Positions 1 to 13,236 of a stretch of 64,000 nucleotides of DNA are shown here, in pieces. Below the pieces are notes generated by a model. It had not been told where the DNA came from, made no database searches, and was given only the letters and a program-made list of their open reading frames with translations. Origin of the DNA: Macrostomum lignano (lineage: Eukaryota); assembly GCA_002269645.1 (NCBI GenBank), contig NIVC01002490.1:38855-102854 (forward strand), read 5' to 3'. Every line of letters begins with the position of its first letter. Positions within the stretch are counted from its first letter, which is position 1. The translations under genes and the position numbers were made by a program.

Positions 1-540
1 GACCTCGGACCGGCCAAGGCGCCATTCCAGCATCTCCGTGCTGAAGTCGTCGCGCCCGCCAAGATCGTCAAAGCCAACAATATAATCCTTGGTCTTCTCC
101 TGGCGCACGATGCACAGGGTGGGGATGACCCGGATGTTCAGGCGCTGGGTGAGGAACGGCGCCTTGTCAACTGACAGCTTAATGAACTTGCACTCCACGT
201 GTCGCGGAGCCAAGATGGCCAGGTGCTTGTCGAATATCTTGCAGCGGAACGTGCTGTCCCGGTAGAAATGGCACACCAGATTGCGGCTTTTCTTGCCCTC
301 CTCGAAGAACTCCTTCTCGTTGGAGATTTCAAAGTAGCGGCCGTGGCCGTTGGCCACCCACTCGTCCCGCTGCTTGGCCTGCTCCTTCATCTGCCGCAGC
401 CGGCGCTCCCTCAGCTGCTCGATGTCGTCCTCTTTCAGGTTGTCCAGCCGCTCGATCTGAGAGTCCAGGCGCTCCTCAATCACTTGAGCAGCTTTCACCA
501 GCTGCGACTCCAGCGCTTTGCCCATGTTTGAGCCTGCCAT
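1..540 (-). CDS. TXNDC9: Thioredoxin domain-containing protein 9 / phosducin-like protein 3 (3' end lies outside the window)
   Basis: Hand translation from ATG at 540: MAGSNMGKALESQLVKAAQVIEERLDSQIERLDNLKEDDIEQLRERRLRQMKEQAKQRDEWVANGHGRYFEISNEKEFFEEGKKSRNLVCHFYRDSTFRCKIFDKHLAILAPRHVECKFIKLSVDKAPFLTQRLNIRVIPTLCIVRQEKTKDYIVGFDDLGGRDDFSTEMLEWRLGRSEV. The helical N-terminus, GHG, VCHFY, FRCKIFDKHL and IVGFDDLGG-DDF-TEMLEWRL motifs are characteristic of TXNDC9/PhLP3. It is absent from the ORF track because it has no stop inside the window. Confidence 0.93.
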   Translation of the reverse strand, partial: MAGSNMGKALESQLVKAAQVIEERLDSQIERLDNLKEDDIEQLRERRLRQMKEQAKQRDEWVANGHGRYFEISNEKEFFEEGKKSRNLVCHFYRDSTFRCKIFDKHLAILAPRHVECKFIKLSVDKAPFLTQRLNIRVIPTLCIVRQEKTKDYIVGFDDLGGRDDFSTEMLEWRLGRSEV

Positions 541-596
541 TGAGCTGCAGGTTGATGCGGACAGGTGGGACCAGGTGATGCTACAGCTGCCTATCC

Positions 597-1800
597 TAAT
601 TCCGCTGTCTGCACTACACATCCGCTGTCTACCCTACAAATCCGCTGTCTACCCTACAAATCCACTGTCTACCCTATAAATACACTGTCTACCCTACAAA
701 TCCACTGTCTACCCTACAAATCCGCTGTCTACCCTACAAATCCGCTGTCTACCCTACAAATCCACTGTCTACCCTACAAATTCGCTATCTACCCTACAAA
801 TTCGCTATCTACCCTATAAATCCACTGTCTACTCTACAAATTCGCTGTCTACCCTATAAATCCACTGTCTACCCTACAAATCCACTGTCTACCCTACAAA
901 TCCGCTGTCTACCCTACAAATCCGCTGTCTACCCTACAAATCCACTGTCTACCCTACAAATTCGCTATCTACCCTACAAATTCGCTATCTACCCTATAAA
1001 TCCACTGTCTACTCTACAAATTCGCTGTCTACCCTATAAATCCACTGTCTACCCTATAAATTCAGTGTCTACCCTACAAATTCGCTGTCTACCCTATAAA
1101 TCCACTGTCTACTCTACAAATTCGCTGTCTACCCTATAAATCCACTGTCTACCCTACAAATTCAGTGTCTACCCTACAAATTCGCTGTCTACCCTATAAA
1201 TCCACTGTCTACTCTACAAATTCGCTGTCTACCCTATAAATCCACTGTCTCCCCTATAAATTCAGTGTCTACCCTACAAATTCGCTGTCTACCCTACAAA
1301 TCCACTGTCTACCCTACAAATTCGCTATCTACCCTATAAATCCACTGTCTACTCTACAAATCCACTGTCTACCCTATAAATCCGCTTTCTACCCTACAAA
1401 TCCACTGTCTACCCTATAAATCCGCTGTCTACCCTACAAATCCACTGTCTACCCTACAAATCCACTGTCTACCCTACAAATCCGCTGTCTACCCTACACA
1501 TCCGCTGTCTACCCTATAAATCCAGTGTCTACCCTACAAATTCGCTGTCTACCCTATAAATCCACTGTCTACTCTACAAATTCGCTGTCTACCCTACAAA
1601 TCCACTGTCTACCCTACAAATCCGCTGTCTACCCTACAAATCCGCTGTCTACCCTACAAATTCGCTGTCTACCCTACAAATCCGCTGTCTACCCTATAAA
1701 TCCACTGTCTACCCTACAAATCCGCTGTATACCCTATAAATCCACTGTCTCCTTATAAACCCGCTGTCGTCTCTATAAAAATCCGGTGTCTACCCTAAAA
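597..1800. repeat. 20-bp minisatellite (ACCCTACAAATCCACTGTCT) directly upstream of TXNDC9
   Basis: Dozens of near-identical 20-bp units are visible; ORFs 565..819 and 1525..1758 are repeat translations. Confidence 0.97.
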
Positions 1801-2374
1801 ACCCGCTTCCTCACTCCTATAAACCAGCAAAGTAGTTTAATAAACGAAACTAAAAAAACAAAAATTCGAAGATACCGAAGCAAAAAAGACGCTGCATAAA
1901 AAATAATATGTATTAAAAGTACATTTTGTACTGCACAAAAATACTTAAAATCAATCGATCGAAACGATGGGAGGGGGTAGCGGCTAAACTAGAGGCGGTC
2001 GCGCTGATAAAATATACAAAATCCATCAGTTTCTACAGTAATACGATTTCCCAACTGATTTGCCAGGAGAAAATAAACTTTTATTAATAACCAACATGGC
2101 CTATGAGTACGTAAGCGAGAATACAGCTTTGATTGCGCAATGGCTACAAAAATATATAAATTTGATTATAACAAGCAAATTAACACTTGATAAACGCGCG
2201 ATGTAAAATACAATTTTTTATCAATTTTCATTGAGTATGAGAAACTATTCAAACAAATTAATTTGCGGCTAAGGCTCGAATAGCGAAGACATCGTTTAAC
2301 AGTGCCATTGTGACTTTGTAAAATAATATTATAAAATATATTGGTGAGACAAGAAAAGTACACAGGTTTTGAGA

Positions 2375-3110
2375 TGCCAGTGATATCATTGAGTCATTGT
2401 GCCACTCATCACTGATATCATCATGAGTCATTGTGCTACTTATCACTGATATCATCATGAGTCATTGTGCTACTCATCACATATCATCATGAGTCATTGT
2501 GCTACTCATCACATATCATCATGAGTCATTGTGCCACTCATCACTGATATCATCATGAGTCATTGTGCCACTCATCACATATCATCATGAGTCATTGTGC
2601 CACTCATCACTGATATCATCATGAGTCATTGTGCTACTCATCACATACATCATCATGACTCATTGTGCCACTCATCACATACATCATCATGACTCATTGT
2701 GCTACTCATCACATACATCATCATGACTCATTGTGCTACTCATCACATACATCATCATGAGTCATTGTGCCACTCATCACATACATCATCATGAGTCATT
2801 GTGCTACTCATCACATACATCATCATGACTCATTGTGCTACTCATCACATACATCATCATGACTCATTGTGCCACTCATCGCATACATCATCATGACTCA
2901 TTCTGCCACTCATCACATATCATCATGACTCATTGTGCTACTCATCACTGATATCATCATGAGTCATTGTGCTACTCATCACTGATATCATCATGAGTCA
3001 TTGTGCCACTCATCACTGATATCATCATGAGTCATTGTGCCACTCATCACTGATATCATCATGAGTCATTGTGCTACTCATCACAAATATCATCATGAGT
3101 CATTGTGCTA
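2375..3110. repeat. ~28-31-bp minisatellite (ATCATCATGAGTCATTGTGCCACTCATCAC[TG]AT)
   Basis: Tandem units with small indel variants are directly visible. Confidence 0.95.
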
Positions 3111-3666
3111 CATGAAAACACATGAAAACAAATCATTTTGCTCCGGGGTAAAAAAATTGACGCAGAAAGCAAACTTGCACTTGTGCCAGAACGATTTGTT
3201 GCCAGAATATAGAAAGACTGCGACCAAAATCTACTAGATAACGTACAATACTAACACAAGTTACTGACTAACACTACTTGTATAAATTGATTCAAGTGGT
3301 ATATACTATAGTATAAAGTAACGTCATTCAAACATAGCGAATGACAACGGGACAATGGGTTCGCTCGTGTAGCTTTCTCGTCTGCAAATCGCGTGTCAAT
3401 CAAAACTGGAAGATGTAATTCTATTGCGAATAAAAAACAAAATTAATTACACACGAAACGTAATGCAAATCAAATGACAAATAGTTACTGACACTAATGA
3501 TACTGTGCGGGATGCTACTTGATTAAAGCAGCAATATTGATTTCACAACAGTAGGAGCGGACGCCGTAAACGCTGAGTGTTGTGCAAATACAAGTATTAA
3601 CACTGATGAATACTTGTCCGAGAGACTTTGGTCTGGGATTCAATGGGCAGACAGATATAGAGGAAG

Positions 3667-4031
3667 AAAGCTAACACTGGGCTTACAGGCCAACAGACAG
3701 ACTAGTTCAGGCATTCACGGGCACCAAGACAGTCAGTAGGATGCACTGAGGGAAAATACACTTTACGACAGACAGTGAGACAGACACCAGGCCAGACAGG
3801 TAGACACATAGATTAAGACACACGGGCAGACAGACAAACAGGCATACAGACAGACGGACAGACAGACACAGGCAGACAGACAAACAGGCATACAGACAGA
3901 CGGACAGACAGACACAGGCAGACAGACAGGCAGGCACATAGATTAAGACAGACAGGCTAGACAGACAGGCAAGCATACAGACAGACAGACAGACAGGCAG
4001 ACAGACAGGCAGACGACAGACACAGGCAGAC

Positions 4032-4078
<47 letters not shown>

Positions 4079-4089
4079 GGCAGACAGGC

Positions 4090-4176
<87 letters not shown>

Positions 4177-4240
4177 AAGACAGACAGGCAGACACACAGG
4201 CAGACAGACAGACACACAGGCAGACAGGCAGACAGTCAGA
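3667..4240 (+). repeat. Degenerate (GACA)n array with a ~90-bp unique head shared with 14668-14760
   Basis: The head AAAGCTAACACTG...GGCCAACAGACAGACTAGTTCAG...CACCAAGACAGTCAGTAGGATGCACTGA is followed by (GACA)n. The array ends about 10 nt from the SIDT stop codon. Confidence 0.9.
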
Positions 4241-4250
4241 GACGGAACGC

Positions 4251-7200
4251 TCAGAACACGCGAATCCGGTCGCGCCTCACGTAGGCGAGGTCGTCATCCA
4301 TAGTGAGGATGATGTTGAAGCCGAGGAACATGGCCACCGCGGACAGGAAGTGCCAGATGTCGTGCACATCGTAGAAGCCGGCCAGCACGCAGGCCTGGTT
4401 GCGGATGCGGGAGCCGCTGGCGCTGTCCTCCCAGTTGGTGGGGCTCTGCAGGAAGAAGTAGCCAGCCCCAGCCCAGGCGGCGATGTCCAGCAGGGTGAAG
4501 GCCACCGGGGTGAAGGCGAGCCGCTCGCCGTTGCGCAGCTTCATGATGATGTAGAACACAAAGTACATCATCATGTTGACCATGAGGATGCTCAGCATGA
4601 AGGTGCTGAAATCTTCTGGCCGCTTGAATGCGCCGTAGAGGCCGATGGACCAGTTGATGGAGTTGGCGAAGATCAGCAGCACCAGGCGGTCCCGCCGCTG
4701 CGGCCGGAAGCAGGACAGCCCGTCTGTGCGGACCAGCAGGTACAGCCGCTTCAGCCGGCCGACGTTCATCTTCCAGCGGCCAACATAGTACACCTCCAGG
4801 GTGAGCAGGATGCTGGTCACGATGACCAGGATGCAGAACAGGGTGTAGAATGTGGTGCTCTCTTTGCTGTAGAAGACACCAAGCAGGCCGGTGAAGATGA
4901 TGATGGCCAGGGCCATGTAGGCCATGTGGGCCGAGGCGTTCACGTCTGGGTGTCTGGGGGTTGGGGAGAGGGTATGACAGCTGATATTATGACAGCTTGC
5001 GATTGTACATTTAAAGTCTCACCCCTACATAGTACATTTGTTAAACTCTCACCCCTGTGTAGTTTGATGTTTGATGTCTCAAAATCTCACACCTGCATAG
5101 TAGATGTCTCAAAACCTCACCCCCAACACAGTAATGTTTCATTTCAAAATCTTAGCCCTACATAGTTAGATGTCTCAAAATCTCACCCCTGCATAGTAGA
5201 CGACTTAAAACCTCACTTATACGTAGTTAGATGTCTCAAAATCTCACCCTTCGTAGCTAGATGTCTCAAAATCTCACCCTACGTAGTAGATGTGTCAAAA
5301 TCTCACTCATAAATATTAGATGTTTCAAAATCTCAACCCCTGTAGTAGATGTGTCAAAATCTCACCCTTAAATAGTAGATGTCTCAAAATCTCAACCCCT
5401 GTAGTAGATGTGTCAAAATCTCACCCTTAAATAGTAGATGTCTCAAAATCTCAACCCCTGTAGTAGATGTGTCAAAATCTCACCCTTAAATAGTAGATGT
5501 CTCAAAATCTCAACCCCTGTAGTAGATGTCTCAAAATCTCAACCCCTGTAGTTAGATGTCTCAAAATTTCACCCCTACATAGTGGATGTCTCAAAATCTC
5601 ACCCATCGTAGCTAGATGTCTTGAAATCTCATCCTTCGTAGCTAGATGTCTTGAAATCTCATCCTTCGTAGCTAGATGTGTCAAAATCTCACCCTTAAAT
5701 AGTAGATGTATCAAAATCTCACCCTTAAATAGTAGATGTCTTAAAATCTCACCCTTAAATAGTAGATGTCTCAAAATCTCACCCTTAAATAGTAGATGTC
5801 TTAAAATCTCACCCTTAAATAGTAGATGTCTCAAAATCTCACCCTTAAATAGTAGATGTCTCAAAATCTCACCCCACGTAGTTAGATGTCTCAAAATCTC
5901 ACCCTACATAGTACCTCTACCCCTACATAGCCAGCGCCGCGCTCACCTAGTCTGGTAGATCTTCAGCATGCAGAGTCCGGACAGCATGTACATAAACGCC
6001 GTATCGAACTGGAAGTTATTGTAGCTGGGACAGATATGATAGCAGCCGGAGAGTACACCCTCCATGATCAGGGCGATGCCGATGGCATAGTACAGTCCGT
6101 AGTGATGCGGAATGCCGTACTGGCTGGCCCGGGGGTCGCGGCGGACCAGATTCTGGTGCAGCAAGTCCCGGCGCCAGCACAGCAGAAGAAACAGCAGGCC
6201 CAATAGCACGTAGCTGATGTTGGAGAAGACATTGTTGAACGAGGAGATGACGCCCAGAGTGTGGGCGCAATCGAAGTTGTAATAGCACATGTCCTCGTCT
6301 CCGCTAGTGTTCAACACTTTCTGGTAGGTCAGCACCAGCTGGATCACCGGCAAGCAGTAGAAGATCGATATGATGATTAAATACCAATAGTACAGCTTGT
6401 ACTTTTTGCGCAGCCTGCTGGGCGGCTTTCTGGACAAATCCTGCACCGTCATGTCTTTGCGCAGGCGAAAAATCTCCTTCTCCTGGTTGGCCTCCGCCAT
6501 CAGGTCGACAAATCCGCCGTCTTCGCCGACTCCCGTGCCGACGCCGACGGTGGCAGAGGCGGAAGCGGCCGAGGTCGAAGCCAGCGCATCCGATGCGTTC
6601 GTCGACGCCGAAGTTGTCGCCGAATTGGCCGAGGCCGGAGGCTCAACGACGCTCATCTGGCTGGGCAGGGTGCCTCTCTGCATGGACAAAGACGACATTG
6701 CCGCGGTAGAGAAGGTGGCAGTTGTCGACATTGTCGCCGTTCTCACCGTTGGAGTCTCCCCCACGGCGAGATAATTACGCGGCGATGAATTTGACGCCTC
6801 GTTAAAATCTGTCGAGTTATCACCAACGTCGGCTGCATCGCCGCGTTGACGAAGCGGCGACTCTGGAGTGTCCTCGGTTGGCGCGCTGTTGCCGTCGTAG
6901 TTGTTAGCGGCGCCGGCGCGGCTGCGAGCCAGCAAGCGCCTGGTCTCGTAGGTGTGATGAAGCAGCGCTATGATAAAGGCGGCAGCGTAGAACAATAGAA
7001 AGAAGAATATTGTGCCAAACACTGGCAGAAAGTATTCGTTGATGCCAAGCGAAGGCAGTACGGTGATGTTCAACTGTTTGGTGCGCCGGTACAGTTCCCG
7101 ACCGTGCTCTCCGGGATCTGGCGGCACCAGCTGGGCGGGAATATTTGGCCGGCAGTTGGCGTCAGTGGGGTACACGACCAGCACCACGTAGAATGCTGTG

Positions 7201-8093
7201 GCCGAAGCCAGCGCCGGGTCGCTGGTGGTAACACTCAGACTGGCCTTCTTAGATGCCGTCTGCCTGATGCCAGTGAATTCTACATTCCTAGCCAGATCGT
7301 ACACTGGGCAGTTGACCGCCTGTACAGACACCCGCATGCACAGCATGTCGTCTGACACCATTCTAACCTGCACAGACGAGACATTGGGAGGAAACTCAAA
7401 CTTGTAATACTTCGGCTGCGATGGAGACACGTGGGCCGATCTGATACCGTGACTAGCGCCCAGATACAACTGGAAATTCGGCACTATTGAAGCGTTCAAA
7501 GAGAATGCCGTCATGTTGGGATTCTGAGTTGTCACCTCAACAAAGATGGTGTGAACCCGGCCAGTGACAGAGCCACCCAGCGGCAGCGTGGGACAAAGAG
7601 TCCGCGACACTATATAGTAGGGGAACTCTTTCTCCTCGCTGGAGTAAAACAGCGGCAATCGCCATGACACAATCTCCCGCTGTTGCCTAGCAACTACAAG
7701 CACGGGATGGTCTGAACTGGCCGATTCGCTCACGATTGTCAACCGAACAGCTTGAGTAACATCGACAATCTCTGTATAGTTGAATCTGAACACCAATTCG
7801 TTAGTGCTGGACACGCTGTAGTTGTAGGTGAGGTTGAACTCTCCAGCTACAATGTGCCGCTGCGGCTGCTGCTCGCCACCATCGCCAACAGCCAGCGGAG
7901 GAAGTGACAAAATCAGCAGACTAAAGATCAATAGCGACAGGTGCTCGTACGGCAACTGGCGCTGTGAGCTACGGGCAGGCAGCGCCATAGACAGGAGGCT
8001 GAACGGCCCCCCCACAGTCCCGTAATCTGCTTTGTCTCTGCTAAGCCGTGAGCTGAGTAGCAGGCGTCGCAGAAATGATGGCCGGATGAGCAT
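4251..8093 (-). CDS. SIDT: SID-1/SIDT (ChUP) family multipass membrane protein, paralogue A; exons 8093-5947 and 4953-4251
   Basis: Family motifs include [96 protein letters not shown] and [12 protein letters not shown]. The intron 5946-4954 (ACTAG|GTGAGC ... CCCCAG|ACAC) restores the conserved [13 protein letters not shown]. Product is 949 aa from ATG 8093; an alternative ATG at 7988 precedes a signal-peptide-like stretch. Confidence 0.95.
4990..5920. repeat. ~29-30-bp minisatellite (AGTAGATGTCTCAAAATCTCACCCTTAAAT) filling the SIDT-A intron
   Basis: Tandem units occupy nearly the whole 993-bp intron. Confidence 0.95.
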
Positions 8094-8759
8094 TGCTGGA
8101 TCGGCTGTAGGACACCCCCATCCCCTCCTGAGCAACAGGCGAATCAGCTCAAGGCTCAGTGCCGATCTCCGCTAAATCCCCGGAGCCATTTCCGCAGCAA
8201 GGCTTAGAGAAGGGGGGAGGGGAGAGCATGTCAGAGAGGAAAAATCAGACGGGTAAGCCTAGTTAAGCCTAGTTTTCATCTGCAAGACAGGCACTGCTAG
8301 GCTGGCCCTGTTGCATTTGATTGAGAGGCCGGAATGTGTAGTAGCATAACAGCATGACAAAAAGCACACTCGAGAAACTGACAAGCGATCATCAGTGAGA
8401 CGGCTCAGTCAAGGAGAAAGTACTCCGCTTAGCTCCGCCCATCTTCCTCTCCATCTCCCATCTATTTATAGCAGTCCTCGAGCTGGCCTCAACTGCACTC
8501 AGCGCTGCCGCATGCAGGCTGTTGTTTAAAGTGTGACTACAGGCAGAATGAGGGAAACCTCTGTAAGATTTGGCCTACAGCTGCTGTATCAAAAACTCGT
8601 ATTGACACGGTTTTCGCGTCCGGGGATTCGCTTTTAAAAAGTAGCTTTCTAAGAATTTGGCAACGAACACGGTTTGGACCACTACTGCAGGCTTCTTGCT
8701 GCCCGCTACTTTGCTTATACCGGGGTTTGTGAGTCCAGTCTCAGCTTGTCTAGTGCAGT

Positions 8760-9655
8760 CCAATCTAATCTAGTCTTAATCTAATCAACTCCAGCCTAGT
8801 CCAATCTAATCTAATCTAGTTTAATCTAGTCTAGTCTAATCTAATCTAGTTTAATCTAGTCTAGTTTATTCTAGTCTAGTCTAATCTAATCTAGTTTAAT
8901 CTAGTCTAGTTTATTCTAGTCTAGTCTAATCTAATCTAGTTTAATCTAGTCTAGTTTATTCTAGTCTAGTCTAATCTAATCTAGTTTAATCTAGTCTGTC
9001 TAATTTAGTCTAGTCTAGTCTAGTCTAATTCGATCTAATCTAATCTAGTCGTATCTAGTCAGTCTAACTTTATCTAATCTAGTCTAGTCTAATTCAGTCT
9101 AGTATAATTTAGTCTAATCAAATTTAGTCTAGTCTAATCTAATTCTATCGAATCGGATATAATCTAATTCAGTCTAATATAATCTAGTCTAGTCTAATCT
9201 AATCTAGTTTAATCTAGTCTGTCTAATATAATCTAGTCTAATCTAGTCTAGTTTATTCTAGTCTAGTCTAATCTAATCTAGTTTAATCTAATCTAGTCTA
9301 ATCTAATCTTGTTTAATCTAGTCTAGTCCAATCTAATCTAGTCTAATGTAGACTAATCTAATCTAGTTTTATCTAGTCTAGTCTAATATAATCTAGTCTA
9401 ATCTAGTCTAGTTTATTCTAGTCTAGTCTAATCTAGACAGTTTAATCTAATCTAGTTTAATCTAATCTTGTTTTATCTAGTCTAGTCTAATCCAATCTAG
9501 TCTGATCTAAATCTAGTTTAATCTAGTCTAGTCTAATATAATCTAGTTTAATCTAGTCTAGTCTAATATAATCTAGTTTAATCTAGTCTAGTCTAATCTA
9601 ATCTAGTTAAATCTAATCTAGCCTAATCCAGTCTAGCCCAATCTAACCTAGTCTG
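8760..9655. repeat. Pentamer satellite (TCTAG/TCTAA)n
   Basis: Mixed TCTAG/TCTAA/TTTAA pentamers are directly visible. Confidence 0.95.
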
Positions 9656-9974
9656 TTCCACACTGTAGTCGGGCCACTTGCCCCTTACTGTACAAAGAAT
9701 CTAGCGAGGTCTACTAAGTTCTGTTAGCCCTATTAGTTCGGGACAAAAAAACAAATTCAATCGAATGGAAAATGTCAGTCAGATAGGCGGAGGGAACTGT
9801 CTCTTCGCTAACTCTGCTGCTTTGAAGGGCATTCGTTTGCCAGCAAGCATCTCAATATTAGTAAATATCAACTATGTCAATGTTTGAGGATCTCCATGCA
9901 CAGGTCTGAGAGTAGAAATCCCCCAGACTAAGAAAAAAAGTCAACAGACATTTCATCAGCAGGCTTGAGGTTTA

Positions 9975-10903
9975 ATAGTCTAGTGAGTCTAGTGATTCTA
10001 GTGAGTCTGAGTCTAGTGAGTCTAGTGAGTCTGAGTCTAGTGAGTCTGAGTCTAGTGAGTCTGAGTCTAGTGAGTCTAGTGAGTCTGAGTCTAGTGATTC
10101 TAGTGAGTCTGAGTCTAGTGAGTCTAGTGAGTCTGAGTCTAGTGAGTCTGAGTCTAGTGAGTCTGAGTCTAGTGAGTCTAGTGAGTCTGAGTCTAGTGAT
10201 TCTAGTGAGTCTGAGTCTAGTGATTCTAGTGAGTCTGAGTCTAGTGAGTCTAGTGAGTCTGAGTCTAGTGATTCTAGTGATTCTAGTGAGTCTGAGTCTA
10301 GTGAGTCTAGTGATTCTAGTGATTCTAGTGAGTCTGAGTCTAGTGAGTCTAGTGAGTCTAGTGATTCTAGTGAGTCTGAGTCTAGTGAGTCTAGTGAGTC
10401 TAGTGAGTCTAGTGATTCTAGTGAGTCTAGTGAGTCTAGTGAGTCTGAGTCTAGTGAGTCTAGTGATTCTAATGAGTCAGAGTCTAGTGAGTCTAATGAG
10501 ACTAATGAGTCTAATGAGTCGAGTGAGACTGAGTCTGAGTCTAATGAGCCTGAGTTTAGTGAGTCTAATGAGTCTAATGAGACTAATGCAGTCAAGTCAG
10601 TCAGTCAGTCAGTCAGTCAGTCAGTCAGTCAGTCAGTCAGTCAGTCAGTCAGTCAGTCAGTCAGTCAGTCAGTCAGTCAGTCAGTCAGTCAGTCAGTCAG
10701 TCAGTCAGTCAGTCAGTCAGTCAGTCAGTCAGTCAGTCAGTCAGTCAGTCAGTCAGTCAGTCAGTCAGTCAGTCAGTCAGTCAGTCAGTCAGTCAGTCAG
10801 TCAGTCAGTCAGTCAGTCAGTCAGTCAGTCAGTCAGTCAGTCAGTCAGTCAGTCAGTCAGTCAGTCAGTCAGTCAGTCAGTCAGTCAGTCAGTCAGTCAG
10901 TCA
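9975..10903. repeat. Compound array: (AGTCTAGTG/AGTCTG)n grading into pure (AGTC)n
   Basis: 9-bp and 6-bp units run to ~10590, then ~300 bp of perfect (AGTC)n. Confidence 0.96.
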
Positions 10904-11959
10904 GAACACACGAGTACCAAAGCAGAATCAGGTTTCGTCACGAAGAGGGGCACACTTGGCTGATCAATAATTGCTATTCGAAACTCCTCTTCAGCCAGTC
11001 ACGCTCGGTGCATATAAAGGTATTTAGTGTCTCAGGACTAGAGCACACTATATATAAAATACACCCGCACTGCAGGATACGCAACTGGAAAGTGCACACA
11101 AAGGGTTGGCAGCAGGGGAGCACAGGGAATTCGGGAGTTTATATGGGGCATATCAGTAAGACGCGACTTTCTGCTTAAATAATGAGAGCTCACGCCATGA
11201 CACTGAGAGCTTAGCCAAGGGAAAAAACTGACTGAGAGAGAAGGTCAGTAGAGAACAGGCAGACTAAGGGCTTAGGTCTCAGATGCTAGGAACTAGCCAG
11301 ACAGACATGATATACATGTAGCCTCCAGTGTATAATTAAAACTTAAGATATAAAACTAACGCTCAAAGGTTAGTGTTGAAATTTCTGCAGAAAGTAAATG
11401 GAAATTGGCTGAAAAGACCTCAAAACTGACAAATCTCAAATCCCATTTATGGAATTTCATACTTTTAAAGTACAAGTATCGCATGAATATCAGGTAAAAA
11501 TACTCCGCTATAAGCCAATAAGTCAGGCAGAAAAATGGCTAGATCTAAATGATCAAAGCAGCACGCAATTTATTAGTAGGCAAAAATCACAGCGAAGCCC
11601 CATATAATATGACGAAATCAAGTTGAAGCAGAGATGCAGGTACACTGCAGCCCAGGGTGTAGCAGAGAAGGGGAAGAGACAGGGGATTAGCAATGGGGAT
11701 ATTTCAGCCTGTCTGTAGGCTGTGCAGGTCATAACAAGGTTTCACGCTCCAGTAGTCGTTTCCATTAAATGTAGGAGGCACACTTCGGCTGATCAAAGGG
11801 GCGCTATCTCTCATTATTAGCACAGGTCCGTGCAGCCCAGCACTCAGCCGGTTCAAGGACAATAAAGGTCGCAAAAGGAAAGAAAAATACACGTAAAATA
11901 TTCTGAGATTAGGTGGGATGAATGAGAGTTGCAGGGTGGGAAAACACCTACCTGAGGGG

Positions 11960-12415
11960 TAAGAAGAGACGGGATCTCAGAGATGAGAAGAGACGGGATC
12001 TCAGAGATGAGAAGAGACGGGATCTCAGAGATGAGAAGAGACGGGATCTCAGAGATGAGAAGAGACGGGATCTCAGAGATGAGAAGAGACGGGATCTCTG
12101 AGATGAGAAGAGACGGAATCTCAGAGATGCGAAGAGACGGGATCTCAGAGATGAGAAGAGACGGGATCTCTGAGATGAGAAGAGACGGAATCTCAGAGAT
12201 GCGAAGAGACGGGATCTCAGAGATGAGAAGAGACGGAATCTCAGAGATGAGAAGAGACGGGATCTCAGAGATGAGAAGAGACGGAATCTCAGAGATGAGA
12301 AGAGACGGAATCTCAGAGATGAGAAGAGACGGGATCTCAGAGATGAGAAGAGACGGGATCTCTGAGATGAGAAGAGACGGAATCTCAGAGGTGAGAAGAG
12401 ACGGGATGATAAAAT
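11960..12415. repeat. 24-bp minisatellite (GAGATGAGAAGAGACGGGATCTCA)
   Basis: Tandem units are visible; they translate as MRRDGISE repeats. Confidence 0.96.
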
Positions 12416-12940
12416 CTCTAACATCTCTCATACCTAAGCAACTAAAAGCCTGCAGTTAAAGGACTGCAGTTAAAAAATCGAAGTAAAGACACAAAACTAC
12501 TCGTGCTCAATCGTAAACAACCAAGAGGTCGAGTATTATTATTAATTACATCCATAAAGCAGTACGATTATTACTGAGCAGTACTGTAACAACATATATG
12601 CAATAACTGAAAGACAAGCATTAGGCAGTTTAATAGCAAATAGAGCACATTTGAGTACTGTAGAAGCTTATTACAAGACTGAACATATGGCTCTACAAAA
12701 AAGCACAATCTAACGACAACAAATAAGCATTCAGAAGCAGATAATTTTTCTTTTCAAATCCATAACGCCAGAGCTAACTATTGGTGGCAATGAAGTTTAA
12801 ATTGACTTAATACTTCAAAAAGGATGGTTATACATGTAAATACCTTGCCGACTAGACAAACATAACAAGCCGCACTTTGTACTGCTGATCAATGGTGTGC
12901 AATGCAGAAAGAGCCGGACAGGAAGTGCTTTATCGACTTT

Positions 12941-12991
12941 GTCTGTCTGTCTGTGTGTCTGTCTGTCTGCCTGTCTGTCTGTGTGTCTGCC

Positions 12992-13032
<41 letters not shown>

Positions 13033-13035
13033 GCC

Positions 13036-13082
<47 letters not shown>

Positions 13083-13155
13083 GTGTCTGCCTGCCTGTCT
13101 GTCTGTCTGTCTGCCTGTCTGTCTGTGTGTCTGTCTGTCTGTGTCTGTCTGTCTG

Positions 13156-13228
<73 letters not shown>

Positions 13229-13235
13229 GTGTCTG
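12941..13235. repeat. (TGTC)n microsatellite immediately after the mLST8 stop codon
   Basis: Directly visible. Confidence 0.96.
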
Positions 13236-13236
13236 C

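Noticed and set aside
199-531. Plus-strand ORFs opposite GC-rich exons (199..531, 4350..5165, 15357..15686, 53963..54583, 57422..57763 etc.)
   Set aside because: They are antisense shadows of TXNDC9, SIDT, mLST8 and SDH exons, caused by GC-rich codon usage.
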